Counted from the first letter of the stretch, positions 19,753-30,544 are shown. The stretch is DNA of 55,575 nucleotides from Desulfobacterales bacterium (GCA_046483495.1 JAWODC010000061.1:1-55575); one strand, 5' to 3'. Notes: a model not told the origin generated them from the sequence alone. Program-made: numbers and translations.

Positions 19753-21702
19753 CTACGGCATCATATCCTCTTCACTTAACGGTTCCCAGGGATCCGGTTG
19801 AGGCCATTCATCGACATCCGTCTCATGCCAGGGCAGCATGAATAAAAAATTTCTTCGAATGGCCTTACCCCTCTTGGGAAGTTCATTCCAAGGGATATGT
19901 CCCCACTGGGCGGCATATCCCATATTATATGTAACCGGATTGATAAGAGTGGGGTCGACGATGACGTTGATCACCGCGGGCCTGCCCTTTTCGGCGGATC
20001 CTAACGCCCGTTTCAGGGCCGGCACAAAGGCTTTCGGCGAATCGACATATTCACCATGAACACCAAAGACTTCAGATAGCTTGTCATACCGAATATTCGG
20101 CAGAAAGGCCTGACCATGGCGGCGGTCCTGAGGTCCCAGAACGTCCCAGTTTTTTCCATAATAATGATATTTCATTCCCGTCAACCACCCGTCGTTATTG
20201 GTCACGATATAGACAATCGGCAGCTGATACCTGACGGCGGTCTCGATATCGAATCCCGAATTACCCATTCCGGCGTCACCCATAAGCGAAATGACCGGAT
20301 GGTTTTTTGACTCGGGGTCGCCCAATGCCGCACCTATGGCCATTCCAATGCCGTGTCCGACGCCTGCCTGTTCCGAGGAATCCATAATCTGACCTGAATA
20401 GCGCGTCTTGGGGAAGGGGGGGATAAAGCCGGATATGGTATAGCCATCTATGATCAACCGATTCTTTCCTCCGTACAGGGACTCGCATGTATCCCACAGC
20501 GCTTTACACAGCCAGCCGTGATGAACCGGTTCATGATCCCTGTATTTTAAAGCCCGGGCGGCAAGCCTGGCGTCCGCCTCCTGCTGCATCCTTTGAATAT
20601 CGTTTATCCAGTGCTCCCTGCCGGCGGGTGGAGACAACCCGATGGCGCCTATTCTTTCCATCATCTGTTTTAGTACGTTTTTCGGGCTTCCTATAATAAT
20701 CATTTCGGTATCCACGGATTCAAAGATATGATCCGGCGATTCGTTGATCTGAACGCATGCAGGCCAATCGGACCCGAAACCGGAGTCGAAAAATCCGATT
20801 TTCATGCCGATGGACACCAATATATCGCATTGGGGCAAAATTTGCCGATGTATTCGGGAGTTAAAATGCAGCGGGTGTGTTTCAGGCATGGCGCCTCTGC
20901 CGATCCTTCTCCCGCAGACCGGTACGCGGGCCTTTTCCGCAAACGCGATCAACGCCTCCGATGCTCTGGACCAGTGGACGCCGTCTCCTGCGAAAATGAC
21001 GGGCTTGTCGGCTTTTTGAATCTTCATCACCAGCTTTTCGATCAGTTCCGGATCTCCGGCCGGTTGGGGCAGGGCTTTTCCTGTTTCATTTCCTCTCCAG
21101 CGGTGCTTGTAAAGAAGACTTCCCGCCATGGTCGTAAAACTCGGTGGGGTAGGGGGACCTACCATGGCGGCCAACGGGAATTCAATTACGCAAGGTCCCT
21201 TCGGATAGGCTTGAGCATCTTTGAATGCCTTGGAAAGATAGTGTTTGACTTCATAATCACCCACAATGCGCTGCGTCCATTTCGTCATATGAGAAAACAT
21301 GTGTTCGGCATAGGAAGGTTGGATCGTGTATGACTTTTCCTGTCCGATGATAGGACCGCCAACGATCCCTATAACAGGGGAACAGCTCAGAAAACACTGC
21401 TGAAGAGCGCTGGCGGTATTCGCCGAACCGGGGCCGGTATCCGCATAGAAAATTCCCACTTTGCCGGTTGCCTTGGCATAGGCCTCTGCGGCATAAACGG
21501 CTGTTTGCTCATGGTGGACGGTGATAAGCTTGATGCCGCTGCGGCTGATCTCATCGACAATGTTCCAGAGATCGCCCCCGTGAACGCCGAATGCCGTTTC
21601 GGCTCCATGCTCTTTGAGTGATTCTGCAAAAACGGCGGCCGCATTGGGATAGAATTCCCTTTTCCCCTTTAAGAGTTCGTTCTTTTTATCGGCAAATGTC
21701 AT
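19753..21702 (-). CDS. thiamine diphosphate-dependent enzyme (2-hydroxyacyl-CoA lyase/oxalyl-CoA decarboxylase/AHAS-like)
   Basis: HHEQ catalytic Glu, GPG and ThDP motif GDAGMG...ETAVRYQLPIVYIVTNND. Confidence 0.9.
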   Translation of the reverse strand: MTFADKKNELLKGKREFYPNAAAVFAESLKEHGAETAFGVHGGDLWNIVDEISRSGIKLITVHHEQTAVYAAEAYAKATGKVGIFYADTGPGSANTASALQQCFLSCSPVIGIVGGPIIGQEKSYTIQPSYAEHMFSHMTKWTQRIVGDYEVKHYLSKAFKDAQAYPKGPCVIEFPLAAMVGPPTPPSFTTMAGSLLYKHRWRGNETGKALPQPAGDPELIEKLVMKIQKADKPVIFAGDGVHWSRASEALIAFAEKARVPVCGRRIGRGAMPETHPLHFNSRIHRQILPQCDILVSIGMKIGFFDSGFGSDWPACVQINESPDHIFESVDTEMIIIGSPKNVLKQMMERIGAIGLSPPAGREHWINDIQRMQQEADARLAARALKYRDHEPVHHGWLCKALWDTCESLYGGKNRLIIDGYTISGFIPPFPKTRYSGQIMDSSEQAGVGHGIGMAIGAALGDPESKNHPVISLMGDAGMGNSGFDIETAVRYQLPIVYIVTNNDGWLTGMKYHYYGKNWDVLGPQDRRHGQAFLPNIRYDKLSEVFGVHGEYVDSPKAFVPALKRALGSAEKGRPAVINVIVDPTLINPVTYNMGYAAQWGHIPWNELPKRGKAIRRNFLFMLPWHETDVDEWPQPDPWEPLSEEDMMP

Positions 21703-21928
21703 TTTACACCTCCGGTTGCGGTTCGGTGCGACACGTAAGACGAGCTATGCAAGAGAAAACAATGCGTGCCGATCCGGTGGTGGCGCCAATTAACCATTCA
21801 TGGATAGAAAGTAACACTTAATTCAATCCACCGGTTTAGTCAATAAAAACCGAGTCTTGTCGTAAACAGGGTGGCTCTTCAAAAAAGGCGGCTTAAGGCC
21901 GGCTAAACGGAATAAATCGAAAAAAAAG

Positions 21929-21946
21929 ATCAATAAATTATTGATT
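21929..21946. promoter_or_regulatory. palindrome/IHF-like site in divergent promoter region
   Basis: ATCAATAA-A-TTATTGAT; minus-strand AATCAATAATTTA fits WATCAANNNNTTR. Confidence 0.35.
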
Positions 21947-22245
21947 GAATATGAGATAAGATCAAAAAATCGATAACAATTGATTTTTTCAAAACAGTCT
22001 GCTTTAAGCGGTGTAGCCTGTTGGGTTGTGTTATCATTCCAGTAATTATCTTTTGTTCCGGTCACTTGGTTTTGGCCTTACTTCATTAATTTTTCGATAT
22101 ACGTTTTGACCGTGTTCCAACGTGACGGCTTCGCCTGATCAATCGAACCACTCATTATTCGTATACGGTTTCCAAGAGAGTATCGAGTTGCGCAACTCGT
22201 CAATGCATTCAGTAGCAGGTAAAGAAAGAAAAAAGGAGAGAAAAA

Positions 22246-23523
22246 ATGACTGATACCAGGAAAAAGAGCGGCATTTTTTATGGCTGGTGGATCGTATTCG
22301 GCTGTTTTTTTATATATGGATTCGGTGCCCTCCTCAATTACACGTTAACCATATATGCCCCGTTTATCCTCGAGGAAATGAATTGGACGAGAGCTCATGT
22401 TGGAAACCTCAATACGATTTTTCTGCTGGTCCTTTTGGTGCTGGGCGTGGTGACCGGCTGGTTCATCGATAAATACGGCCCGAGGAGAATCATTCTAATT
22501 GGTTCCGTCCTTGGTGCCCTGGGGATGGTACTGTTCAGCACGATGCAGTCCATGACCGAGGCCTATGTGTTTTTCTCGGTATTCATGGGCGCCGCCATTG
22601 CCATGCAGATGCTGTTGCCGACGCAGACGCTTGCCCGCCGGTGGTTCTTGAAACGGGCCGCATTCGCGACCGGAACGATGATGTCTTCTTTCGGCCTGAT
22701 AGGCGCCGTTTTTTTCCCCCTGCTGGCCGGATTGGCCGAAGTACACGGCTGGCGGACGATTGTGATGTGGACGGGGGTGAGCATAGAGGCGTTCATCTTC
22801 GGGTTGGCTCTTTTTCTTGTCAAAGACAGTCCTGAAAGTATGGGGCTGCAGATGGACGGCATGTCCGATGAGCAGGCAAAAGCTATCTTGGGGGATGTTG
22901 GAACAGCATTGGCCGGCGAACCCCACATGTCCAGAGGGGAGGCATTGAAATCGCTTCAATTTTGGCTGATTGCCGTATCCCTCTCCCTGGCTACCCTTGT
23001 TTTCACAGGATTTTTATACAATGCAACGATGATCGGCTTAAGCGTTGGAATGACGGCCGGCCAGGCTGCACTGGTAATGTCGGCATGGGCGCTGCCCTCT
23101 ATATTGGGCAGGTTCGGCGGCGGATGGGTGGCAGATATGCTGGGCAAGCGAAAGTCACTGATGGCATTCGGCTTTCTTATCTCGGTGGGATATGCGTACG
23201 CATGGCTTTTTGCATCGGCTCCCACCCCCTTGTTTGTTTTTGCCGTATGGTCGGGTATATTCATGTCGCCCATACTTGTCATTATTCCGCCTTTTTTTGG
23301 AGATCTTTTTGGAAGGATGCACCTGGCATCGATTTTGGGGTTGTACGGCCTCGTTATCGGTCTGCTGGGTGCATTGGGTCCCTTTGTAGCGGGAGGGATT
23401 GCAGAGGCCACGGACAGCTATCAACTCCTTTATCTGCTTGGCGTTATTGCAAACATTCTACTCGTCGTCACGACCGTTTTTGTAAAACCTACCCGGGTGG
23501 AATTGGAAATGCAGGGGAGGTAG
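22246..23523 (+). CDS. MFS transporter (OFA/monocarboxylate-like)
   Basis: FYGWWIV, motif A GWFIDKYGPR, RWF and about 12 TM segments; RBS AAGGAG. Confidence 0.92.
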   Translation: MTDTRKKSGIFYGWWIVFGCFFIYGFGALLNYTLTIYAPFILEEMNWTRAHVGNLNTIFLLVLLVLGVVTGWFIDKYGPRRIILIGSVLGALGMVLFSTMQSMTEAYVFFSVFMGAAIAMQMLLPTQTLARRWFLKRAAFATGTMMSSFGLIGAVFFPLLAGLAEVHGWRTIVMWTGVSIEAFIFGLALFLVKDSPESMGLQMDGMSDEQAKAILGDVGTALAGEPHMSRGEALKSLQFWLIAVSLSLATLVFTGFLYNATMIGLSVGMTAGQAALVMSAWALPSILGRFGGGWVADMLGKRKSLMAFGFLISVGYAYAWLFASAPTPLFVFAVWSGIFMSPILVIIPPFFGDLFGRMHLASILGLYGLVIGLLGALGPFVAGGIAEATDSYQLLYLLGVIANILLVVTTVFVKPTRVELEMQGR

Positions 23524-23686
23524 GCGCTTGGATTCACACCATCATCGTGAAAAACGGCGTGCATCGGTCGTTTTGGGATGGGCACTCTTCATACGTCTTG
23601 ACCCTTAGGGTTTTTGTTGATGGAGTTAAAATTTTAGGTTATTATTAAAAGATTGGGTGATTTACTGAGATCGGCCCCGGCTGGGT

Positions 23687-23715
23687 TTGACAAAACGGGT
23701 CGGCTGAAATAGATT
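23687..23715 (+). promoter_or_regulatory. sigma-70 promoter candidate
   Basis: TTGACA-17 nt-TAGATT upstream of the kinase locus. Confidence 0.5.
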
Positions 23716-23883
23716 TAATTATTACGTAAATCGTGCCTGTTCGGAAACGGCCGAGTTTCACTGTTTCTGCGATGGCCGGGAATAACCTTTAAAATACTTT
23801 TAGCGTGTATCCTTGGTTAAGATCTTCGGTTCACTCGAACCGAATCGAATTTAATTCCGTATAGACACTAGACAGCTAAGCAT

Positions 23884-26406
23884 ATGTACAATAGTTTTTT
23901 TGAAAATAAAACGGCAATTGTGGGTGCCGGAAATTTTTGCGTTCGATTTCTCGAGCATTTTTTCCTCGGCCCACACGGGGGCACAAAACCGGAGATTATC
24001 GGCGTTGCCGATAAAGATCCGTCAGCTCCGGGGATTTCACTGGCACATGCATTCGGTTTCCCCACCACAACGGATTACCGTGAATTTGCAGCAATGGAGG
24101 GTCTCGAGGTCATTCTGGAAATGAGCAATGACCCGACGCTGGTGGACGAAATCGCCGGTCATATGCCGGACCACATCCGGGTCATCGATCATTATAAAAC
24201 CCGAAGTCTGTTCGACCTGCTGCTGATCCGGGAATTTCGGGATGAGGGCCTGAAAAGAATTCAAAATGAAGGCTGGAGTTCGACCGAAATCAAGAAATTT
24301 TTTGACTGCTTAATGGATCGGTTCGCCCGTATTCTCGAGGGGAGAAACAAACGTTCCAGGCAGATTGTAAGAGATCTCTGGGAGCAGGAGGAAACCGTCT
24401 CCCAGATCATTCAGGGCAGCACCATTCCCACCTTCGTCATTAACCGGGACCATAAAGTAACCCACTGGAATAAAGCATTGGAGCGGTTGACGGGTGTGTC
24501 TGCCGATGAGATGATCGGGACCAACCGTCAATGGTTCCCGTTCTATAGCGACGTAAGGCCTTCTCTGGCGGATCTGCTTCTCGATCAGATCGATATTCAT
24601 GATATCGGAAACCACTACGGGGCAGGATGGAATCCATCCAATTTAATCGACGGCGCCTATCAGGCGGAAGGATTTTTCGAAAATATCGGGGAAGGCAAAT
24701 GGCTGTTTTTTACCGCCGCTCCCATCAAATCCCGCAACGGTAAAATCATCGGCGCTATTGAAACGTTCTGGGATACCACAGAGGATAAACGTCTTGCCGA
24801 GGAACAGGCCCAATATACGCGGGAGCTTTCCACACTGCTCGACCTCTACACCTCCCTGAGCGCCCCGGCAAGTTTCGAAGAACGGCTCAATGAAGCCTTT
24901 CGCGTAATTGTCGATTTCATGGATGCAGTCAACGTGTGCATTTTCCTTCGGCAGGCGCCGGATTCCTATGAAATGCGTTACGGCTACGGCGAATATCCGG
25001 GTGGCAGCGGAAAGGATGTCGGCCATATAGCCAAAACAGTGGACAAGGACAGGCTGATTATTATCGATCGCCGGGAGACGGGCATTCCGGACAGCCAACC
25101 CGAACATCATGATCTTCATTACCGTTGCTTGGTGTATGTGCCTTTCAGCGACAAAGAAAAGAATCCTTTCGGTGTCATTCAAATCGCCAGCCGCAAGCCC
25201 CCGGCCTTCACTCAACGCGAAAAAGACATTCTCGAGCTGATGGGCAATCGCATCGGTGTGGCGGTGGAGAATGCGCTGCTTCAGGAAAAGTTTGTCCAAT
25301 CCGAGGAAAAATACCGCACGCTGTTCAATAACGACCCCACCCCGATTTTTATTCTTGACAGTGAAACCGGCCGTATCACCGACATGAACCATCGGGCTGA
25401 GGACACCTACGGTTATACGCTGGAGGAAATGCGGGACCGGCCGTTTACAGCATTAGGAGATGCCGATGACATCGAAGTCATCTCCGGTTTGGCTGAGGTC
25501 ACCCCGGAACAGTCTCTTCTGATTTCCAAGAAACGCCACTACAAAAAAACCGGCGAGCCCTTCTATGTGACCATCGTTATCAGTGCCGCCGAATACCGCG
25601 GCCGGGAAATCCTCATTGTCAACACGACGGATATTACTGAAATTATGGAAAAAGAAGCTCAGCTGATTCAGGCGGGGAAAATGACCACCCTGGGTGTGAT
25701 GGCGGCAGGTATGGCCCATGAAATAAACCAACCCTTGAACGTCATTCAGATCTGCGCGGATTATTTTCTGAAAATGCTGAAAAAAGGAGAACCCGTTCCC
25801 CCGGATGAATTAAAGGCTATGACCTTGAACATAGCGGAAAATGTCGATCGAGCATCGACGGTCATCAAGCGGGTTCGGGATTTTGCCCGGCAGACGGAAG
25901 TGGTGCGTCATGAGATAGGTATCAACAATCCCATCCAGGACAGTTTGAACGTGGTCGGCCATTCCCTGAAATCCAACGGAATAGAATTGCACCTCGAACT
26001 GGCCGAAAATCTTCCCCCCATTCTTGCCGACCATAACCGGCTGGAGCAGGTTTTCATCAATCTTATCACTAACGCTGTAGACGCCATCGAAGAAAAGGCG
26101 GAGAAATACCCGGACCGGCAAACTGAAAAGGTGATCACGGTAAAATCATTTTGTGAGAAGGGGGAAGTGGGTGTAACGGTTTCGGATGCAGGTGCCGGGA
26201 TGAGCGATTACGTGCGGGAGAAAATTTTCGAGCCTTTTTTCACGACGAAAAAGACCGGAAAGGGAACCGGCCTGGGAGTGAGCATCAGCTACGGAATCGT
26301 GAAGGATTATGACGGAAAAATCGAGGTGAACAGCGAGGTGGATAAAGGAACCACATTCAAGGTGACCTTTCCGCATGCAGGCATCACTGGAAAGGAATGT
26401 CGATGA
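23884..26406 (+). CDS. sensor histidine kinase (Rossmann-like N-domain, PAS, GAF, PAS, HisKA, HATPase)
   Basis: H-box AHEINQPL, N-box NLITNA, DAGAG, FEPFFTTK and GTGLG. Confidence 0.93.
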   Translation: MYNSFFENKTAIVGAGNFCVRFLEHFFLGPHGGTKPEIIGVADKDPSAPGISLAHAFGFPTTTDYREFAAMEGLEVILEMSNDPTLVDEIAGHMPDHIRVIDHYKTRSLFDLLLIREFRDEGLKRIQNEGWSSTEIKKFFDCLMDRFARILEGRNKRSRQIVRDLWEQEETVSQIIQGSTIPTFVINRDHKVTHWNKALERLTGVSADEMIGTNRQWFPFYSDVRPSLADLLLDQIDIHDIGNHYGAGWNPSNLIDGAYQAEGFFENIGEGKWLFFTAAPIKSRNGKIIGAIETFWDTTEDKRLAEEQAQYTRELSTLLDLYTSLSAPASFEERLNEAFRVIVDFMDAVNVCIFLRQAPDSYEMRYGYGEYPGGSGKDVGHIAKTVDKDRLIIIDRRETGIPDSQPEHHDLHYRCLVYVPFSDKEKNPFGVIQIASRKPPAFTQREKDILELMGNRIGVAVENALLQEKFVQSEEKYRTLFNNDPTPIFILDSETGRITDMNHRAEDTYGYTLEEMRDRPFTALGDADDIEVISGLAEVTPEQSLLISKKRHYKKTGEPFYVTIVISAAEYRGREILIVNTTDITEIMEKEAQLIQAGKMTTLGVMAAGMAHEINQPLNVIQICADYFLKMLKKGEPVPPDELKAMTLNIAENVDRASTVIKRVRDFARQTEVVRHEIGINNPIQDSLNVVGHSLKSNGIELHLELAENLPPILADHNRLEQVFINLITNAVDAIEEKAEKYPDRQTEKVITVKSFCEKGEVGVTVSDAGAGMSDYVREKIFEPFFTTKKTGKGTGLGVSISYGIVKDYDGKIEVNSEVDKGTTFKVTFPHAGITGKECR

Positions 26407-27965
26407 CCCGCTTGCTTTTAATCGATGATGAAAAGCTCAGTGTCGAAGTAATGGGAATTTCGCTGAGAAGCGACGGTTATGAGGTCCTTACAGCCTCCAG
26501 CGGGGAAGAGGGCCTGGATGTTTTTGACCGGGAATCACCCGACATCGTCATTACCGATATTAAAATGCCGGGAATGGACGGCATCGAGGTGTTGAAACGC
26601 ATCAAAGCGCGGTCCGATACAGCCGAAGTCATTATCATTACCGGTCACGGCGACGTGGAAAATGCCATTGAAGCGCTGAAGTACGGAGCCTCGGACTTCA
26701 TCAATAAACCTGTTCGGGACGAGACCCTTGCGCTTGCCCTGAAAAGAGCCGAAAGCAAGATAAGCATTCGGGCGACACTGAATGCTTATACGGAAAACCT
26801 GGAAAACGAGGTGGAGCGCGTCACCCGCGAACTTCGAACCCAGTCCAGGTTTCTTGAAAAATTGATTAAAACGTCGGAGGAAGGGATTGTTGCTACGGAT
26901 CGGGCATTCAATGTGGTGATCTATAATCCGGCGGCGGAGCACATTTTAGGTTATCCGGCGGAAGAGGTCCTCCACAGGAAAAAAGCCAAGGAGCTTTTTT
27001 CACAGGATCTTATGCGCAAATATCAAGCCAAGCGCCACGATCTTCAGAAACGGAGAAAACTGGAGCATTTCGAAACACAGGTCAGGCATCGGGACGGAAG
27101 CCTCATTCCGGTCCGGTTCACCGGCGTATTTCTTTATGAGAAGGGGCGCATCATGGGAAGCGTAGCCTTTCTCGAGGATTTGAGAGAGATCAAGCGCCTT
27201 CAGAAGGAGCTTTTGATGTCGGAACGCCTGTGCACTGTGGGACAGACTGTTGCCGGCATGGCCCATGGCGTGAAAAATATTTTGCATGGATTTAAAGGCG
27301 GCAGTTATTTGATGGAGGTCGGGTTTAAAAACGAAGACACCGAAAAGTTAAAGGCCGGTTGGAAAATGATCCAAAAACATATTTCCAGAACATCGGAATT
27401 GGTGATGGATCTTCTTACCTATTCAAAATTTCGTGAGCCCGAATATATGGTTTGCCGGCCCAATGATATTGTTCGGGAGGTCTGCCAGAGCCTGCAGCGA
27501 ACAGCGGTCGAGCATAACATCCGGATCGTAGAAGATCTCGACCCCGCCATAGGAGAGGTGATGATGGACGGCAGGAGCGTCCATACCATTTTGATGAATC
27601 TGATTTCCAATGCGCTCGATGCCTGTGTTTTTGACGATTCTTCCGGAAAATCGCCGGCTGTTGTGGTGAAAACGTTACTGGAGTACGATCGGATCGGATT
27701 TGAAGTGACAGACAACGGCATGGGAATGCCATGGGATGTTCAGGAAAAAATCTTCACTTCCTTTTTCAGTACCAAGGGCCACCGCGGAACGGGGCTCGGG
27801 CTTCTCGTGACCGGAAAATTGATCGAGGAACACAACGGCACCATCGATCTTTGGTCCGAAGTCGGCAAAGGCACACGCTTCACTGTGAAGCTCCCATTTA
27901 AAGAACCCGACGGCATTGAGAAAATAAACGATTCAGTGATGAGAAAGGAGCATGTGAATGAGTAA
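26403..27965 (+). CDS. hybrid REC-PAS-histidine kinase
   Basis: LLIDDE, TDIKMPGMDG, AHGVKN, DNGMG and GTGLG; ATGA overlap with the previous gene. Confidence 0.92.
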   Translation: MTRLLLIDDEKLSVEVMGISLRSDGYEVLTASSGEEGLDVFDRESPDIVITDIKMPGMDGIEVLKRIKARSDTAEVIIITGHGDVENAIEALKYGASDFINKPVRDETLALALKRAESKISIRATLNAYTENLENEVERVTRELRTQSRFLEKLIKTSEEGIVATDRAFNVVIYNPAAEHILGYPAEEVLHRKKAKELFSQDLMRKYQAKRHDLQKRRKLEHFETQVRHRDGSLIPVRFTGVFLYEKGRIMGSVAFLEDLREIKRLQKELLMSERLCTVGQTVAGMAHGVKNILHGFKGGSYLMEVGFKNEDTEKLKAGWKMIQKHISRTSELVMDLLTYSKFREPEYMVCRPNDIVREVCQSLQRTAVEHNIRIVEDLDPAIGEVMMDGRSVHTILMNLISNALDACVFDDSSGKSPAVVVKTLLEYDRIGFEVTDNGMGMPWDVQEKIFTSFFSTKGHRGTGLGLLVTGKLIEEHNGTIDLWSEVGKGTRFTVKLPFKEPDGIEKINDSVMRKEHVNE

Positions 27966-28356
27966 GAAGATACTGGTGGTCGATGATGATCCGGATGTTC
28001 GCCTTTTTTCTCAGACCGTCCTCGAAGAAAACGGATACATCCCCATCCTGGCCGGAAACGGCCTGGAAGGAGAAGAAGCAATCCGGAAAGAAAAGCCGGA
28101 TCTGGTTGTTCTCGATGTCCTGATGCCCCGGGAAAGCGGCGTCCGGCTCTACCGAAACATGAAGACGGACAAGAAGTTCAAGGACATTCCGATCATCATC
28201 TTGAGCGGCATTTCCGAGAATTCGTTTCTCAGATCTCAGAAAGTACTCACTCAATTCGGCGGCGATCCCGTGCCGGCTCCCGAAGCCTACCTGGAAAAAC
28301 CGGTTGATGGTGAAGTGCTTGCGGACACGATTAAGCACATACTCGATCGCAGCTGA
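27958..28356 (+). CDS. single-domain response regulator
   Basis: ILVVDDD, LDVLMP and YLEKP. Confidence 0.92.
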   Translation: MSKKILVVDDDPDVRLFSQTVLEENGYIPILAGNGLEGEEAIRKEKPDLVVLDVLMPRESGVRLYRNMKTDKKFKDIPIIILSGISENSFLRSQKVLTQFGGDPVPAPEAYLEKPVDGEVLADTIKHILDRS

Positions 28357-28466
28357 CAGACCGGATCGACGGTAAACCCTTTTATAAGCTCATTTGCCGC
28401 CGGCTTTGAAGAGGCGGGATTCGAAAGCCGGCGCAGCAGTATGGTTTGCAATTGGAGGAGGCTTGA

Positions 28467-29090
28467 ATGGCGGTTATCACAATTACAGGACAATTTGGGT
28501 GCGGAGGGCAAGCCTTGGGCAGAAGTGTTGCAGAAGCACTTGGATACGTCTTTGCCGAAAGCGAAATCATAACACGAATAGCCCGGGCGGCGAATGTCTC
28601 GGAAGCCTGGGTTGAACATATCGAAAAAGAGGCCGGGGGAAAATTTCTTTGGATCATCACCCAATTGGTATCCAAAGATCTGGTGAATAAAATCCTCAAA
28701 GATGAACGGGGCTATATCGATGAAAACATCTACCTGGATTACCTGGTGGTGCTGATTGCACAGTTTGCCGAGGAAGGCAATGTGGTGATCATGGAGCGGG
28801 GAAGCCAGTATATTTTAGATGACCATCCTGATGCCGTTCACATCCTTCTCGTGGATTCACTGGAAAACAGGATCGGGCGCATTATAAAACGCTTCGATTT
28901 GACCTACAAAGAAGCGGCTCAAATGGTGGGTAAAGAAGACAGGCGGCGGGCCGCTTTATATAAAAAGATCGGCAAAACAGATTACGAACAGGCCGACCTC
29001 TATGATTTGGCGATAAACTGCGCCCGGGTGGATGCTGATTCGGTCCGGGATATGATCATTGCGCTTGCGCGGCGCAAAGAGGGAGCTTGA
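28467..29090 (+). CDS. cytidylate kinase-like family protein
   Basis: VITITGQFGCGG, NVVIMERG and YDLAIN. Confidence 0.85.
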   Translation: MAVITITGQFGCGGQALGRSVAEALGYVFAESEIITRIARAANVSEAWVEHIEKEAGGKFLWIITQLVSKDLVNKILKDERGYIDENIYLDYLVVLIAQFAEEGNVVIMERGSQYILDDHPDAVHILLVDSLENRIGRIIKRFDLTYKEAAQMVGKEDRRRAALYKKIGKTDYEQADLYDLAINCARVDADSVRDMIIALARRKEGA

Positions 29091-30544
29091 AAAAGCCTAT
29101 GAATGCGGCTGACCGCGAACGAAAAGTGGTGGATGAACGGCGGCGGAATCAGTTGAGAAACATACCCGGTGTGGACAGCGTTTTACAATGGGCAAAGGCG
29201 GATGCATTTTTTGATCATGTCCCAAAATCCGTTCTCACCAATGCGGCCCGAGCTGTTACGGATATGCTTCGGTCATCCATACAAGCCAAGCAGAACGATG
29301 TGGACCCGGCCCGGTTTTCACAGCGCGTCGTGCTGAACCGGCTTAAAGAATCGGTGACGGAGCAGATGACACCCAATTTGCGGAAGGTGGTCAATGCAAC
29401 GGGCGTAGTGGTCCACACCAACCTGGGCCGCTCTCTGCTGCCGCAGGATGCCCTGGCCAACCTGTCGTTGATCGGCGGGAAATTCTCTAATCTCGAGTTT
29501 GACATCAAAGAAGGACGCCGGGGTTCCCGGTATTCGGCGGTGGAGGGACTGCTCTGCGAGATATGCGGGGCCGAAGCCGCAATGGTGGTGAATAACAATG
29601 CCGGTGCTGTATTATTGAGTCTGGACACCCTGGCAAAAGACAAACACGTCATTGTCTCCCGGGGAGAACTTGTCGAAATCGGCGGCTCATTTCGAATACC
29701 CGACGTAATGGCCAAAAGCGGGGCTGTATTGAAGGAAGTCGGCACCACCAACCGCACCCATTACGGTGATTATGAGAACGCCATCGACGGTAATACCGGT
29801 TTGCTTCTGAAAGTTCACGCGAGCAATTACTGCATCGTAGGATTTAAAAAAGAGGTTTCCCTGAAAGAACTCGTCACGCTCGGCTCAACGCACCGCATTC
29901 CTGTAATGGAAGACCTGGGAAGCGGAACGCTCGTGGATTTTTCCGAATACGGTCTGATGAAGGAACCCACAGTCCAGGAATCCGTAAAAACCGGTGCCGA
30001 TATCATCACCTTCAGCGGCGACAAACTTCTGGGCGGCCCACAGGCCGGCATCATCCTTGGAAAGACGGCTTACATCAAAAACATCAAAAAAAATCCCCTC
30101 ACACGGGCCTTGCGCATCGACAAATTGACCCTTGCAGCCCTGGAAACCACGTTGCGCCATTATCGGGAACCGCAGCGGGCTGTGTTCGAAATTCCGACCC
30201 TTCGCATGCTGACCCAGCCGCTTCGACGGATTGAAGAGAAGGCGATGGCACTTAAAAAGCGTTTGAATGCCACCGGCATATCCGTTCGCCTGATGGACAT
30301 CGCCTCGAAAGCCGGCGGCGGGTCCCTTCCGCTTTTAGAGCTGCCCAGCAAATGCATCGGCATCTCCGTTGCCGGCATGTCGGCCAATGCCGTTGAAAGA
30401 ACATTTCGGTATTCAACCCCGCCGGTTATCGGCAGGATTGAAGATGATATATTCATAATGGATTTGCGAACGATCGAGGAGGACGATTTTGAGGATATCG
30501 AATCCGCCGCCGAAAACCTGTTCAGCTCAAAAGGTATGCTATGA
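29087..30544 (+). CDS. selA: L-seryl-tRNA(Sec) selenium transferase
   Basis: VVNATGVVVHTNLGR, SRGELVEIGGSFRIPD, EDLGSG and FSGDKLLGGPQAG. Confidence 0.97.
   Translation: MKKPMNAADRERKVVDERRRNQLRNIPGVDSVLQWAKADAFFDHVPKSVLTNAARAVTDMLRSSIQAKQNDVDPARFSQRVVLNRLKESVTEQMTPNLRKVVNATGVVVHTNLGRSLLPQDALANLSLIGGKFSNLEFDIKEGRRGSRYSAVEGLLCEICGAEAAMVVNNNAGAVLLSLDTLAKDKHVIVSRGELVEIGGSFRIPDVMAKSGAVLKEVGTTNRTHYGDYENAIDGNTGLLLKVHASNYCIVGFKKEVSLKELVTLGSTHRIPVMEDLGSGTLVDFSEYGLMKEPTVQESVKTGADIITFSGDKLLGGPQAGIILGKTAYIKNIKKNPLTRALRIDKLTLAALETTLRHYREPQRAVFEIPTLRMLTQPLRRIEEKAMALKKRLNATGISVRLMDIASKAGGGSLPLLELPSKCIGISVAGMSANAVERTFRYSTPPVIGRIEDDIFIMDLRTIEEDDFEDIESAAENLFSSKGML

Noticed and set aside
23825..23844. 8-bp inverted repeat TTCGGTTC-ACTC-GAACCGAA upstream of the kinase
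   Set aside because: Single occurrence and short; no function can be supported.
28399..28432. Hairpin GCCGGCTTT...AAAGCCGGC after the response regulator
   Set aside because: No U-tract and no recognisable RNA family.
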